Of a stretch of 64,000 nt of DNA, positions 23,216 to 36,104 are shown piece by piece. The stretch comes from Paraphysomonas bandaiensis (taxonomy: Eukaryota > Protista > Chrysophyceae), in assembly GCA_965644295.1 (NCBI GenBank), contig CBFFRP010000354.1:1-64000 (forward strand). Direction: 5' to 3'. The position numbers were made by a program, and so were the translations under genes. Below the pieces are notes generated by a model. It worked only from the letters and a program-made list of their open reading frames with translations. It was not told where the DNA came from and did no database searches. Within the stretch, counting starts at the first letter, position 1. Each line of letters begins with the position of its first letter.

Positions 23216-26200
23216 CTATTTTCTACTTTGAGACGATTCACCGCTCCCATGTTTCACTATCGGCGGCCCATCTACAGCAAGAGAAGACGAGGAAGAGTAC
23301 GTATCCAGCTCATAATCACGATGGGGAGGTAGAGGATCACCTTCAACGTTTCGAGGCTCATCGAAAGAAGACGACCGCACAGCACTATCATCACTCCCAG
23401 TCTCGGGGGGAGACTCGATCTCCCCTTCTGACTCAACTGCGTATGCAGGCGGAGGGGCCACCTGAGCAGCAGTCAGTCCGCCACGAGAGGCCGAAGTGAG
23501 TGAGGGCGGGAGGCCACTATCCGGATCAGAGGATTTCCAGCCGCTAAAACGCATCACGTACTTATCCCTCCATACGCCACGTGACCCAGTAGAGGGGGCA
23601 GATCCAAGACTTGCCCGGTCAGTGACATGCTCTGGAGTTTCCGTGGGAACTTCACTACGTCCCCAGGGACTCTCCGCAAGTTGGTCCAGGTTCTCCTGCG
23701 AAGGTTTCTTCGGTACCGCAAGGGGAGACGCGGGAAGAGTCGACGTTGGGGGTAGGTATGATATAGTGGCACGAGATGTGGTATTATTTTCCCCACTCTC
23801 GAGATCACCTCCACTCTCCTGTGCGTTTTCCGTTTTCATTGATACGGGGAAACGCCACGGCAGTATAGAAGATTCATTTTGAGTTGCCTTCGATTGTGTC
23901 GATGAGGGACGGCTAGGGATGGGCGAAAGAAATCCTGCCCAGCTCGTTATCGACTGTCTAAGACGACTCTCCGAACTAATAGAGCTGCTATCGTCGGCAG
24001 CCTCAGTAGGGGTATCCTCCGGCGACTCCACTGCTGGTGATTCATCTTTCTCAGTCACAGCGTTTGCAGTATTCGCAGCATTCGCAGATTCTCCACTAGT
24101 AGTATTGGAGCTAACCGACCGCCGACTATTTAACAGCAATTGGTGAAGCGGAGAGAAGGTTGATGATGAGCCGGCTGTAGACACTGAGGACATTCTCTGC
24201 CTCTTTATGTGGGCTAACTCATCCTTAATGTAGCGCACGATGTATGCAAATGTAGGTCTACGTGCCGGCTGTTCGTGCCAGCAGCGCTGGATAAGAGACC
24301 TGAAGGCCGGAGGGCATGTGCTACTGATGGCAGGGCGGCGGCCCTCACGTACAGCGTCGATTATATCGAAACGGGAGTACAATTCTTCATAGGGACGCTT
24401 ACGCTCCCATAATTCCCACAGAACCATGCCGAAGCTGTACACATCAACTTTGACGGAGTACCGTGTTTTATTTGTGGCGGTCAGTAACTCGGGTGCACAC
24501 CATGCAGTTGTGCCAAGATTGCTCGTCATCTACATGCAAACACAACAAGATAAATAGTTAAATGGTGCTATATACAAGTTAGAATGTTCTCACCAGTGTA
24601 TTAGAATTAGACAACGAGTTCCGTTCTGATCCATCTTCCTGGTTGAGAATACTCTCTCGTTCCCAAGACACATTCAAATCCTCATCAAACTTTACTGATT
24701 TCTTTGGCGCAGGTGAGTCTTCAGGTATGTCCTCTTTTCCATTTCTATTCTCTGCATCATCTACTGTGGTAGGATCTGAAGGAGGTTTATCAACTTGAGG
24801 CTGTGCACTCCCTGATGTTAATTGCTCCATCCCATCAAAACCAGATCCATCAGATTTCTCGATACCCTTCTCTATGTTCTGTATTTTCATAGGAACTATT
24901 CTTGACATCCCAAAGTCAGTCACTTTCACAACCTAATGATGGATATTACACAAAGTAGGATAATGCAGGTTACGTGTTGCATACCCAATGATCATCAACG
25001 ACGAGGTTAGAGGATTTAAGATCCCTATGACATATAGGCGGCTGATGGCTATGAAGGTAGAGCATCCCTCTTGCGGCTTGCAGTGCACACGTTAGAACCA
25101 ACTCGTATGTCCAAATCTCATCCACTACTTTATTGCTGCCGTACAAAATATCGGCTAGCGATCCTTGCTCAAGATACTCTGTGATAATGCACACAGATCG
25201 AACCACGTTTCCTGATTTCTTCTTGTTGGTATCCCTCGAGAGACTTCTATTGCGCCTGCTATCCCCAGACTCTTGCTGCCCAGGCACTACGATGTCATCA
25301 TCATCCTCGAACCCCGGAGGCGGAGCCGGCATATTGAATTCGACAATAGATACCCCCATCACCAACACAATGTTGGGGTGACGCAATCTGAAACAAAGAT
25401 TTCAAAGCAGGTCACACAGCATGTAATACGCTATACCTGCTCATCATATAGGCTTCGGTTCTGAACTCCTCTATGTCATTTTCAGTCAACTGCATAAACA
25501 CCGGTGCTCGCATCTGCTTAACAGCCACTTGTGCCCCTCTAAAGCTGGCTTTAAATACTTCTCCGAAGCTACCCTCACCAATCTTTCCTTCAAATACAAT
25601 TTCGTCGTAGTTAACAAATACATCGCGCAGTATGAGGTCCTGCTGAATAGCCTGTAAGTAGGACCGATTTTCTCCGTCAGTAGATGTATCCGCACTGCCA
25701 GTGAGAAGGCCAACACGCAGTTCCTGCAACACCTTGTTCTTTTGCTGGCGGTAGTAGAAGTAGTACCGCAAAGTGATAAGAAAAATGAGAATTAAAAACA
25801 CACCAGCTGCAATGAGTAGGTATGCGTACACGCTCAAATCAGAGCACGTAGTTCCAGCATAAAAGAAATCACAATGACACTCAAATTTCGTGTGTCCATT
25901 GCTGCTATGACAGGATCCACGGTCATTACAGCTCTGGGGGCAACAGTTGCCATCTTTCCTTTTATATGCCCCTCCTTCACAAGAATGACTCTCATCGATG
26001 CATCCACCCTTATTTAGACCACAGTATCCGCATGAGTGATTTTTGAGGCATATCCAGCACATGTAGTCTGTGTCGCTTCCTTTATTGTCATTTCCGGTCG
26101 CGTATTTTTCGAACCGAGCTTGGCATGACATTTCAGAAGTCGTGAATGTCTGGGAGTAAGGTTCATTCGCAGCAGCTGATAAGGGGATGGAAGGAAGACT

Positions 26201-29200
26201 AAATATATCGAGTGAATCTGCGTCTGTCGCTGACGAGATATCAGAAGAAGTGGATGATATTGATGTATCGAAATTCACTCCTTCAGGAAATACATAAGCA
26301 GGTACTTGCGGCGAAGGTGCCACATAACCTGTGAACTGCAAAGCCTTCCATTCAGTCGGTGTGTCAGAATCACTAGACGGTATAAAATCAGTATTGCCTA
26401 TGGTGCTCACATTAATAGTTCCCAAAAGAGTGACGTTGGTAGTCGTCGTCAGAACTGGGGTGTTGTAATTTTCATTGGAAATTGTGAAAGTCAACATCCC
26501 TGGGCTTCGCTGCACCAGAATCCCATCAATGCTAAGCGGGTTGAGGTATGAAGCTTCCTCGTGCGACAAAGCAATCAACCCTAAATTGACTACGGCTATG
26601 TAATTAGGGTTTTCTGATATAATATTAGCTGGGGCGTCGACATACATACGGCCTGTGCTAGTAATAACCATTGTGGCATTCTCATGTAATGCCACCGAAC
26701 TCAGCGCAGTAGTATTACTGGTCGGTTTGGCCGAGAGGTACAACTCGCCGTAAACGCGAAGCGTACAGCGCTCAAACACTGTTCTAGAACTGTAATCTGT
26801 CTTCTCAAGCAGCTGTATGATATACGAATCTTCATTAAGTATACCATGGTCAGTGAACCCCGTCTTTAGAGTACCATAAAAGTTCATAAATGGAATAAAG
26901 TTATCCAGGGTAACATTGGAGATATTCTTTGGTACATGGGAGCTAACGACAGACCCCATCAGTGCGCTTGAATACAATACAGTCATATTGTTAGAAAAAT
27001 AGAGAGTACTATTGACCATCACAAGAGACTGAAGTAAGAGTGACCGTAAAGGAGACTGATCCACAATCGTCACATTGGCTGCAATTCCTACCAGCACCAG
27101 GTCAGAAGTACTGATACTTCCAATGATTACTAAAGTGGGGTTTTTACCAAGGCCATTGACGCTTCCACCTTCTGAACCTTCTGTTGCTTGAACTAGAACA
27201 GTGACCAGGTCACCAGCACATATTTCATACGTGTTGTTGAATACTGGTAAATAGATAGTCGCAGACCCAGACATGACCAGAATAGCGGGGTATATTCGAC
27301 TTGAAGTATCCATCAGTAGTTGCCTATGGGAAAGGGCTACATCTTGGAAGGTGTCCGCCTCAGTAAGATGAGTTCGAAACACATTGCTAGCATCAGTTAC
27401 TTGCTCAGTATCAAAATTTGGCCACATATGCATTATGTGCTCCTCAAGGGTAGCATTCCAGAGAGTTGGAACAAGTTGACCATTATTCAGCCTTCGAACA
27501 GCGTCCAATTCTAGAAGGGTTCGATCGTGATGATACGCCGAAAAGTCCAAGTCGGTAAGATCGCAGACTGTCTGTGCGAGAAGTGCAAATCGCTCATGTA
27601 TTCTGAAAGCTTCAACGTTACTCGGAGAGTCCAGAATTGGTTCGTAGAGAGCAAGATCCATTTCACCTACATCCTGCATATCCTCGTACCCAGAACATAT
27701 GTCATCCCCGAGTCCGTTCCATGCAACATTCTTGCTGAACTTGCACTCATTGCATCCGATTCGTGACCCCTGTGAGTACATTATAGCTCCGCCAAAAGAC
27801 GATACCAGTCCCCCTGAATCTGTCATAGCCATATTGGCGTGAAATACAGTATTGTTGATAACAATACCCCACGAAGATACCCCAACAACTCCAATCCCCC
27901 CACCTTGTCCCGCGCGATATACAGTAGAGGTTGTGCACACCTCACCGCCTGCCACGTTATGGTGAAACTGACAGTCAGAGAATGATACCTCGTACGGGAC
28001 AGATTTGTCAGAGTCGGAAGCGTACTCGTAAAATACCGCCACACCACCTCCAATGCTATACTGCGACCCCCCAGCAGAAACCCAGTTGTCTTGGAAGAGA
28101 CATCGCTGAAAAATAATTGAGGAAAAGAGGACGGCGACAGCACCTCCTGATCCGCTACTAGAGTAGGTGTTGGTGCCGTAAAAACCCCGGGCGGAGTTCA
28201 ACATAAAGACAGAGTCTGTGATACTAAACTCCACTGCGTTCTCAAGACCAACCGCACCACCCGAGGCCCCTGAGTCAAACTGTCCTGAGAAAGCAATGTT
28301 CGATACAAAGAAGGAATCGGTTACATTCCCTCCTGATGACATTGCGAAAATAGCACCTCCAGTCCCACTGTAGGTCTTGGGATACACTCCCGGCTTAGGC
28401 TGCGCATAGTTCTCCACGAATCTGCACCACTCCACGTTTGCATAGGACGAGTGCCCAATAGCAATCGCCCCTCCTTGTGCCTTGAATACGTAGGAAGATA
28501 TTGCTGAGTTCTTGAGGAATGTACAGTTCCTCAAAGTTACCCGTGACGATTCCGTGAGATACACTGCCCCAGCCTTTCCGCCTTGAGCAATGTTCTTTGT
28601 GAAATGAGTATCTACAATTTCACCAACTGCAGATGTAGAAATGTAAACGGCACCACCGTTGGAAGAGAACTCAGTAAACAAGCCGTCAGATTGCACGTTA
28701 TTGGCCTCGAAGTGAGACTGAGATATGTATGTAGGAATACCGTCGCTGAAAAGTGCACCCCCGTACCCTCCTGCATTGTTGTCTCCAACACCGCGCGCGG
28801 AGTTGTTGAGGAACGTGCAATTGGAGATTGTTGATTGAATGCGTTCGTTAGAAAAGGAGTCCGAGGTTAGTATAATTGCACCACCCTCCGCGAACTACAT
28901 CACACAAGAATATCATTCTTAATATTACACAACTACAATACTGTCAATATACCTGGCTCAAATCCTTAGTAAGAGCGACATTACCAAAGAACGTAGAGTT
29001 GCGCATATACAAGGCGACGTCTTTGACGTATACTGCCCCTCCTCTTACTTCACATAGCTGATCTGATGTGCACACGTCTCCGCCGAACACCATATTATTT
29101 CCAAAAGTACACTCTTCGATTGTGGTTCCCGCCACAAGATTGAGGTTTACAGCTCCCCCCGTAAGCTGCGCATAATTGTGGTGGAACGAACTGCGCAACA

Positions 29201-29939
29201 CTGTCAAACGCGATCCACCGTTCAGATGAATGGCACCACCCTTCCCTGCCTCGTCCACATCGAAGTCGACGGCATGATCATCATCTAGATCCCCATGTGC
29301 GCGGTTGTACTCGAACAAACTATCTGTGATGGTAATACCGCTATAGAGGGATGTAAGAGCACCACCCCAGAAAACGGCCTCATTGTGGTGAAACGTACAG
29401 TCGGATATAAGTAGTGATCCTTCACCAATAAATATAGCACCACCATTGCGCGCTTTGTTGTCTACAAATACGGTGTTGTTAATTACAACTTGTGAGGCAC
29501 TACCACCGAATATTATCGCGCCTCCGTCCCCAAAAGACTGTAGACTGAGGTCCAATGCGGAGCAATTCCGTATCAAAATATTACTGATATGACTAATAAA
29601 ATAATACTCATCAGTCAAAAAACGATTTTCTTGAGAACAATGAATAACAATATCATTCGGACTTCCATTACCAATAATTTTTATGTCAGAAATGGAGGAA
29701 TTTACAGTCATTAAGTTTTCATTGCCCAATCCTGAGTACAACCCAGGCTGTAGCTGTAGGATATCCCCTGAATTCGTAATTTGATCGAATCCAGCTTCAA
29801 TTGTTGGACATGCAGTAAGTAAACTAGTCCCACATGTGTCAATAGGGGCACTAGAATTACTATCTACATATATAATAAGTCCTGTAGTGTACTGGATATA
29901 TAAACACACAATACATAAGAAGAAATATGATTGCCACAT
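23216..29939 (-). CDS. Receptor-like TKL protein kinase with extracellular parallel beta-helix (GGA/FxxN) repeats, Cys-rich/EGF domain and one TM (~2150 aa, 5 exons)
   Basis: Signal peptide; many GGAI/V plus FxxN repeats; CNDRGSC...CHCDFFYAGTTC; TM; kinase motifs GEGSFGEV, VAVK, HRDLKSSN, DFG, APE and DVYSFG. Approximate introns 28895-28952, 25388-25436, 24933-24982 and 24530-24592. Confidence 0.9.
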
Positions 29940-30054
29940 AATATACTACAAGATCGTTATCATGTGATGAAAGGAAATGATATTCTATATGTCAATATAT
30001 AAGATTATAAGTCTATCATATATAATACATGTCTAAACACCTGCAGTGAATGAT

Positions 30055-30143
30055 ATGTATGTATGTATGTAATTGTTGTCTGTGGATATATATGTATGTA
30101 GTATGTTTGTATGTATGTATGTATGTATGTATGTATGTTTGTA
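30055..30143. repeat. (ATGT)n microsatellite in a divergent intergenic region
   Basis: Runs of ATGT read directly from the sequence. Confidence 0.85.
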
Positions 30144-30453
30144 TGCCTGTAGGATATAATATAGAATGGAGATGCTATACGTCTGTGGTGTATGCCAACA
30201 TTAGGAAGAATACCAGAATACTGCACAGGAATACAAGAAGAAAACCATATGAATAATGAATAAGAATATGAGTGTAGTCTATGTATGTGTGTATTCATGA
30301 CTGTATCCATCATATATACAGTACTGTATATTTGTACTCCACGGGCGGTCCATGGCACTGCCTTAATAAGGACTGTGCATTGCATTCATATGGACCATTG
30401 CATAAGATATATACTAAACACTAGTACATGGCTATTCTCTATTGATAATTGCT

Positions 30454-31464
30454 ATGAAGCCAGTGAAATATTACAGATATCGTAAAGATAATGACCACCG
30501 TCTTAGTTTATTAAAGAAATCATGGTTTTGTGGCAAGGATTGTCTTGATATCGGCTGCAATGAAGGACAGTTCACTCTTGAAATTGCAAAGAAATTTGCC
30601 CCTAGAAGTATATTAGGTATAGATTCAGATAGTTCACTTATTGACTTAGCTTCTACTCGAATGAAGAGACTAGTATCAGCCCATGCACCTAAGAAAAATA
30701 CACCTAGTGCTACAGCTTTAGTTCCACGGATAGTACAATCCCAACTGAAGGCTACTAGCTCTCAATCGTTTCCGCGCAACTGTTCCTTTGATACCGTTGA
30801 TGTTCTTTCTGTGGATGTTACCAATCATCGGAGGTACGATACAGTGTTGTGTCTGAGTGTAACTAAGTGGGTGCAGCTTAATCACGGAGACGATGGTTTG
30901 ATGCGTCTATTTAGAGTTATGTGGCAAGTACTCAAACCAGGTGGCATTGTTGTTCTGGAATATCAGCCTTGGAAATCTTACGTCAAAAATAAGAATTCAA
31001 GTGATCAATGCAGAGAAAACTTCTCACAGTTACAAATCAAACCGGAGGATTTCGAGAAAATCCTCATTCAGGATATTGGGTTTGATATTCAAGAACGCTT
31101 AGGTGTAGATGTAAATGAGGCGAAAGGTTTCAACCGTCCTATTCTAGTGCTGCAAAGACCTCATAACTGTAAGGAAAAAGTTAGACCTTCTGTTTCAGAG
31201 GCAGATAACTTAGTAGACGGCGATCAAAGTTGTGTGGAGGTGATAAACAATTCAGTGGGTGGCGATCGAATTGGCGTGGAGGTAACGGCTGAGAAAAGAA
31301 AGAAAAAACGAAAGAAAAGGAGTATTGTAGATAGTGTTTCTGCTGAAGAAGGTTCTGAGAAGAAGAAAAGGAAAAAGAAAAAGTTACTTATGGTATCTCC
31401 TCCAGATGATGCGACGGAATGGTGTCGTCTTCTTGAGAATCAGACGACAGGAGGAGTTCAATAG
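30454..31464 (+). CDS. MEPCE: Bin3/MePCE-family RNA methylphosphate capping methyltransferase
   Basis: CLDIGCNEG (SAM motif I), YDTVLCLSVTKWVQLNHGDDGL, LEYQPWKSY, GFNRPI and a Lys-rich NLS-like tail. True start uncertain. Confidence 0.88.
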   Translation: MKPVKYYRYRKDNDHRLSLLKKSWFCGKDCLDIGCNEGQFTLEIAKKFAPRSILGIDSDSSLIDLASTRMKRLVSAHAPKKNTPSATALVPRIVQSQLKATSSQSFPRNCSFDTVDVLSVDVTNHRRYDTVLCLSVTKWVQLNHGDDGLMRLFRVMWQVLKPGGIVVLEYQPWKSYVKNKNSSDQCRENFSQLQIKPEDFEKILIQDIGFDIQERLGVDVNEAKGFNRPILVLQRPHNCKEKVRPSVSEADNLVDGDQSCVEVINNSVGGDRIGVEVTAEKRKKKRKKRSIVDSVSAEEGSEKKKRKKKKLLMVSPPDDATEWCRLLENQTTGGVQ

Positions 31465-32045
31465 AACAGAATTGTAGGCAATACAGCAGATCCTAGTTTA
31501 TATATTTAACTTTTGGTTATACGCTTGCTTCTTGACATGCACCTTTATGCTTTCATTTTCTATTTGAATCAGCGGTAAAATTCTTTTAGTGTGTAGTTTA
31601 TATTTTAACTACTAAGTAATTTTTTAACATGCTTCTCATAGCAATCATGTCTAGGACAGGCCAACGGAGCAATATTTTATGTGTATGTTTGAGGTTGTCC
31701 TATCAGAGGAGCCTCGAAACTGTGAAGCTACAGAGAATATGAGTATTGCAATTTCAATAATTGAAAATTAATTAATTGATACGCAGCCTGGTGTTTAGGA
31801 AGCTACACAAATATATAAGTAAACTGTGCTCAGTCTTAAAATTCAGTGTTAACATATCGAGCAATAGGTATATTATGTATGTACATTGATTACTAAAAAT
31901 CTAGTTCTACAAGGACTCATAAGAGTAAGTCGCTTGTGACATATATCAAATCGTCAGCAATATTTCTTTGTTCGAACATATAGCGCGAAAGTACAGCATA
32001 CATATATCAAAGATATTGTATTGAATTGCATCAAATTAGCATCAA

Positions 32046-33125
32046 CTACGAACGTAGAAGATTGTAATACCGCTTGCATTGCATCGCTAAGCTAAGTAGA
32101 AGTAGACCGATTGCTAACATCAGAGCAGAAACGAACGTCGTGGTCAAAGAAGGAGAATGTGCAGTATATACCTGTGTTGATATATTTTCTATAGTTTTGA
32201 CAGAATATTCAGATTCCTTTGCGTGAATAAGATGCTGCTGCACTGTTTCCGATACCTGAACAAAAGATGTGTTGCGCTCGTAGTCATTCAAACACACTGG
32301 GAGAAATCGGCTATTTTTTTCTGCGATTAGACTGTTAACAGTATTCATGCGACCATAAGCTCTCTGTATATTAGTTCGAGCGAGCTCTGTATCATTCGCA
32401 TTACGAATATAATCCCTGACGTAGATCACTGATTGAGATATAGCGGGCCTGAGCCGAATGCATGAAATTATGTCGAAAGGGTGCAATACAATACCCTCTT
32501 CCCAAAGCTCAGGAGAGCACAAGAAATCGTCATTCTGACGATGTTTATTACGACTATGAATAAAAGAGTTGTACTCTCTAAAAGTTGAAATCGTTATCAA
32601 ATCTGGAATAACCTTGAGAATGTCGGGGAATATTTGAGCCACTGGTGTGTCACTGGCGAACTCATATTTAGTAATAAGCCGAATTACGTTCTCTTTAATT
32701 AGTTTCAAAATATTCCCAGACTCGCAATCAATGTTCACAGAGGCGTTACTTTGAGCGATACACATTCTTAGATTGGAATTAATGGCTCGAGCTGGCGGAG
32801 AATTATAATGAGTCGCTCGAAGTTTGCATCTATTCAAAATTATGTTGTGCAGAAAATTTGTTCCAGTTGAGCCAGATCCAGCATTCACTCCAATCATAGA
32901 TACTTTGTCAGGTACATCACTAACTAAGAGAGGTCTTTCTTCAAATTTATGGATTACATCATTTGCAGTACCTAATCTTCTGAAACTATCACAACACTTA
33001 CTAGATTTTTTAATAATAGAATCTGACTTATCTGTTATACAAATCATTGAATATCTCTTATATACTACTCCTTTCAAGTAGTTTAAGTATTGTAATTCAT
33101 ATGTTAGATATGATGAATTGGGCAC
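32046..33125 (-). CDS. Putative P-loop/sulfotransferase-like protein with C-terminal TM anchor
   Basis: 359-codon ORF with NAGSGSTGT, a DTP motif and a hydrophobic C-terminus. Start codon uncertain and family call tentative. Confidence 0.55.
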   Translation of the reverse strand: MPNSSYLTYELQYLNYLKGVVYKRYSMICITDKSDSIIKKSSKCCDSFRRLGTANDVIHKFEERPLLVSDVPDKVSMIGVNAGSGSTGTNFLHNIILNRCKLRATHYNSPPARAINSNLRMCIAQSNASVNIDCESGNILKLIKENVIRLITKYEFASDTPVAQIFPDILKVIPDLITISTFREYNSFIHSRNKHRQNDDFLCSPELWEEGIVLHPFDIISCIRLRPAISQSVIYVRDYIRNANDTELARTNIQRAYGRMNTVNSLIAEKNSRFLPVCLNDYERNTSFVQVSETVQQHLIHAKESEYSVKTIENISTQVYTAHSPSLTTTFVSALMLAIGLLLLSLAMQCKRYYNLLRS

Positions 33126-33690
33126 TTGATCAGGTCAAAAGGTGTCGCTTATAGTGATACTTTTTGACCTGATTCGATAAGTTAACAGGTCATATCTGTG
33201 AATACTTATGATACGAGAGTTCACAGTATGATATTAAAGGGTAGCCATATATGCCTTGATTGATATATATATACATGCATATATGGTGCATTCATATCTA
33301 TATGCGTGTGAACATGTGAGACATACATACTCCTGTACATACATCGTGTGATATAATGTGAAGTGTGTTTTAATCCAATAGATTCTGAGAAAAAGTAGAA
33401 CGAATGATTTGATTGGATTTCTGTACCTCTGCTCATGTTCATAACATAAGAGTATGGATGTCAATGGACAATATGATCTTGTATATGCAAATTAAATGCA
33501 TAAGAGGCACTTAACTCAACATCAATGGATGTAAGAAGGATGTCAAAATGAACTATACATCCTTTAACACATATTCCCCTATAGTGGGGGAAATCCAGCA
33601 CTGTCGATACTTCTTATTAGGTAGCATTGTATATACACTATATAGAGTACGGTAATATATCGTTATATACAATATATAGGGATGATATTC

Positions 33691-33813
33691 ATGAAGTGGT
33701 ATGACCAAGATGATATATACACGGCTGTGGGAGACATTTTGATTGTCATCAATCCTTTTCGTCGTCTTCCTCCCAGTATGATCCAAGTGTTATTGGCTGG
33801 CCTGCACAACTGA
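33691..33813 (+). pseudogene. Orphan myosin motor-domain fragment
   Basis: Reads KWYDQDDIYTAVGDILIVINPFRRLP, matching the myosin head motif Y..D.IYT..G.IL..VNPF..LP. Similarity is then lost and a stop follows; no other myosin exons seen nearby. Confidence 0.6.
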
Positions 33814-34578
33814 TACACTCTGTGAAAGAAATATTGTATGCTAGTAGAATTGTGGAAAGGTTGCTGTTTAGTACATCGATTTTACGTGACAAGGAATATG
33901 GAAGTATACTATAGAAGTTTAGGAATAGAAGTTCTAATAGTACAGATGAGCGTTTGCACCCTCACAATTGTCACCAGATGCATAATATGATGAATAGATG
34001 AATCACTTAACTTAATAATATAAACTAAAGTAATTCGAATTAAATTTTTTATTGGAGCTACAAATAGCTCATGGAGTCGACCTGAACTGATTTTACTCTG
34101 TGTACGTCACACTGTAATAAGCAGATACAATATTTGTAGCTACATTTCATTACGAATTTGGGATTTCGTCATGTCGAATTTCTTATCGCTGTTCCATAGA
34201 AGATACATACTTTACTTCATCAATAGATATTAGAACCATACTATAGTCTATAGTTGTTTGAAAGTCATCCACGATATATATATTGTAGCGTAATGAGAGT
34301 AGAGCTAGAATGACTATTAATTGATATGAATTAGTTCGCAACTGCAATTCTCAAACAAGAAAATCTAAACTACATCCCATATTGCTATCCTGTATTCGCT
34401 ATATACATGTACAGCTATATATCGCTCTACACGGAGCTGCCAAAGCAACAGGACCTGGAGAGTTGCATAATATTTTCCACGACTGCTACTCCACCTATAA
34501 CTTGAATCATTCAAGTACATCTAAATCAAAAAAGTGACATCACATTCTACGTCGTTGAAACAAAACACAACTAAGCAT

Positions 34579-35540
34579 TTAGTTGTCGTGTGATGGTGAG
34601 CCAATAGCTTCGTCAATGTCGTCGAAAACGGTGGCCATGATATCCGCGTGATCGGCACCAAGGTCTTCAGAATACTCTGGCCGAAGATAGTCTGACTGGT
34701 TAGGGTGAGAAGCATAAAAGTGTTGTGTCAGAGATTCAGATGGAGAGTGTGAAACGGGGCGCGGTGATGGATGAGAAGGGGTAACGGGTGTGGCACCATG
34801 GTGCTGTGCAAATCGGGGTGTAGTGGGCATTGCACGCTTGTCAGTTGGAACCGAGGTATATTGAGAACCAAATAAACCAGAACGAGCGTATTGATTACTT
34901 TCATTAGTCCTGCCATGACTTGCCATGAATTGGGCAAATGCCAACTGCATAAGCTCACTGATTGGCTGACCAAGATTTGGGCCTCGATCCAAGCTATGGG
35001 GATTGAAATTTTCTTGAGAGAATCCGGTTCGAATTGGGGAAACTTGACAAGGCGGGTATACATTCGGATTGGGAGCAGGAGTGCTAGCTGTCATGGCGCC
35101 GACTGAATATCGTAGTCTTAGTTTTACAACAAAAAAACATATGTGATCATACACAGACCTGCATAAAAGTAATCGCTGTCGGAGTACGGACTGATAAGAA
35201 CATGGGTGAAACCGGCCTGCTTTCCCTTGTGAATAATAGCATCTACTGATTCGCTACAACTTGCAGCCAACAGAAGTACAGGTACCGCGTGGTTAATGTT
35301 ACGAATAACTTGGGCAGCATCGTGCGCGCTGAATTCAGTGATGTGCTCATGTATGACGACAGCATCATAATACTTTATAGCCAGTTGCTCAAATCCTTGA
35401 AATGCATCTCTAACAACTGTAAAAGAGCAGGCTTTACCAGGAAGAAACATTGATGAAGTCGCCTCCAAATGACGACCAAACTCTCTCAAGTCCTTCACAT
35501 TCTCCACATGCAATATTTTCACGAGAGTCATCTTACTCAA
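34579..35540 (-). CDS. Atypical response-regulator receiver domain protein with low-complexity tail (~301 aa, 2 exons)
   Basis: CheY-like pattern KILHVEN / YDAVVIH / VPVLLLAAS / AGFTHVLISPY. A phase-1 intron at 35103-35158 joins the two ORFs. Confidence 0.72.
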
Positions 35541-36104
35541 TAATATATCTCTATAAAAGCATTGACATGTAATGCAAGTAGTTTATAGTATTATTAGTTA
35601 CTTGGTATGCAGTACATTATGCGTTGCAAATGGTGATTGTCTCAATCATTGGAACGAGGAGAGGGGCAGCACAATCATTGATTTGAGGGGGATATATGTG
35701 GAGACCTTGGGCTCTATATGCATATACAGCAGTTGGTATAGCAGGGATAAGTAACGGAAATACGGTGCATATACCGCATAATACACCATAATATCCATCA
35801 CCAGCAGCAGTACACCTCTGTATCCCTCCCATTGTAGTATACTGCTGTATATAGTTAACATACTGTACCTGCCCATATCCATCACCAGCAGCAGTACTCC
35901 ACTGACTACACACATATACGATATACGGGGTATTATTGCCAGTGTTTCAGTGTGCATGTCTCTGCAGCAGTGTGTCATGTTGTTATATTGCAATAGTTTA
36001 CACCAACTAAAACATTTGCATCTACTTAACAGTAGCAATAATTGCAGTAGTCTTAATAAAACTTGATCTAAAAGAGCTTTTTTTTTTTAAATTGTACATA
36101 TAAA

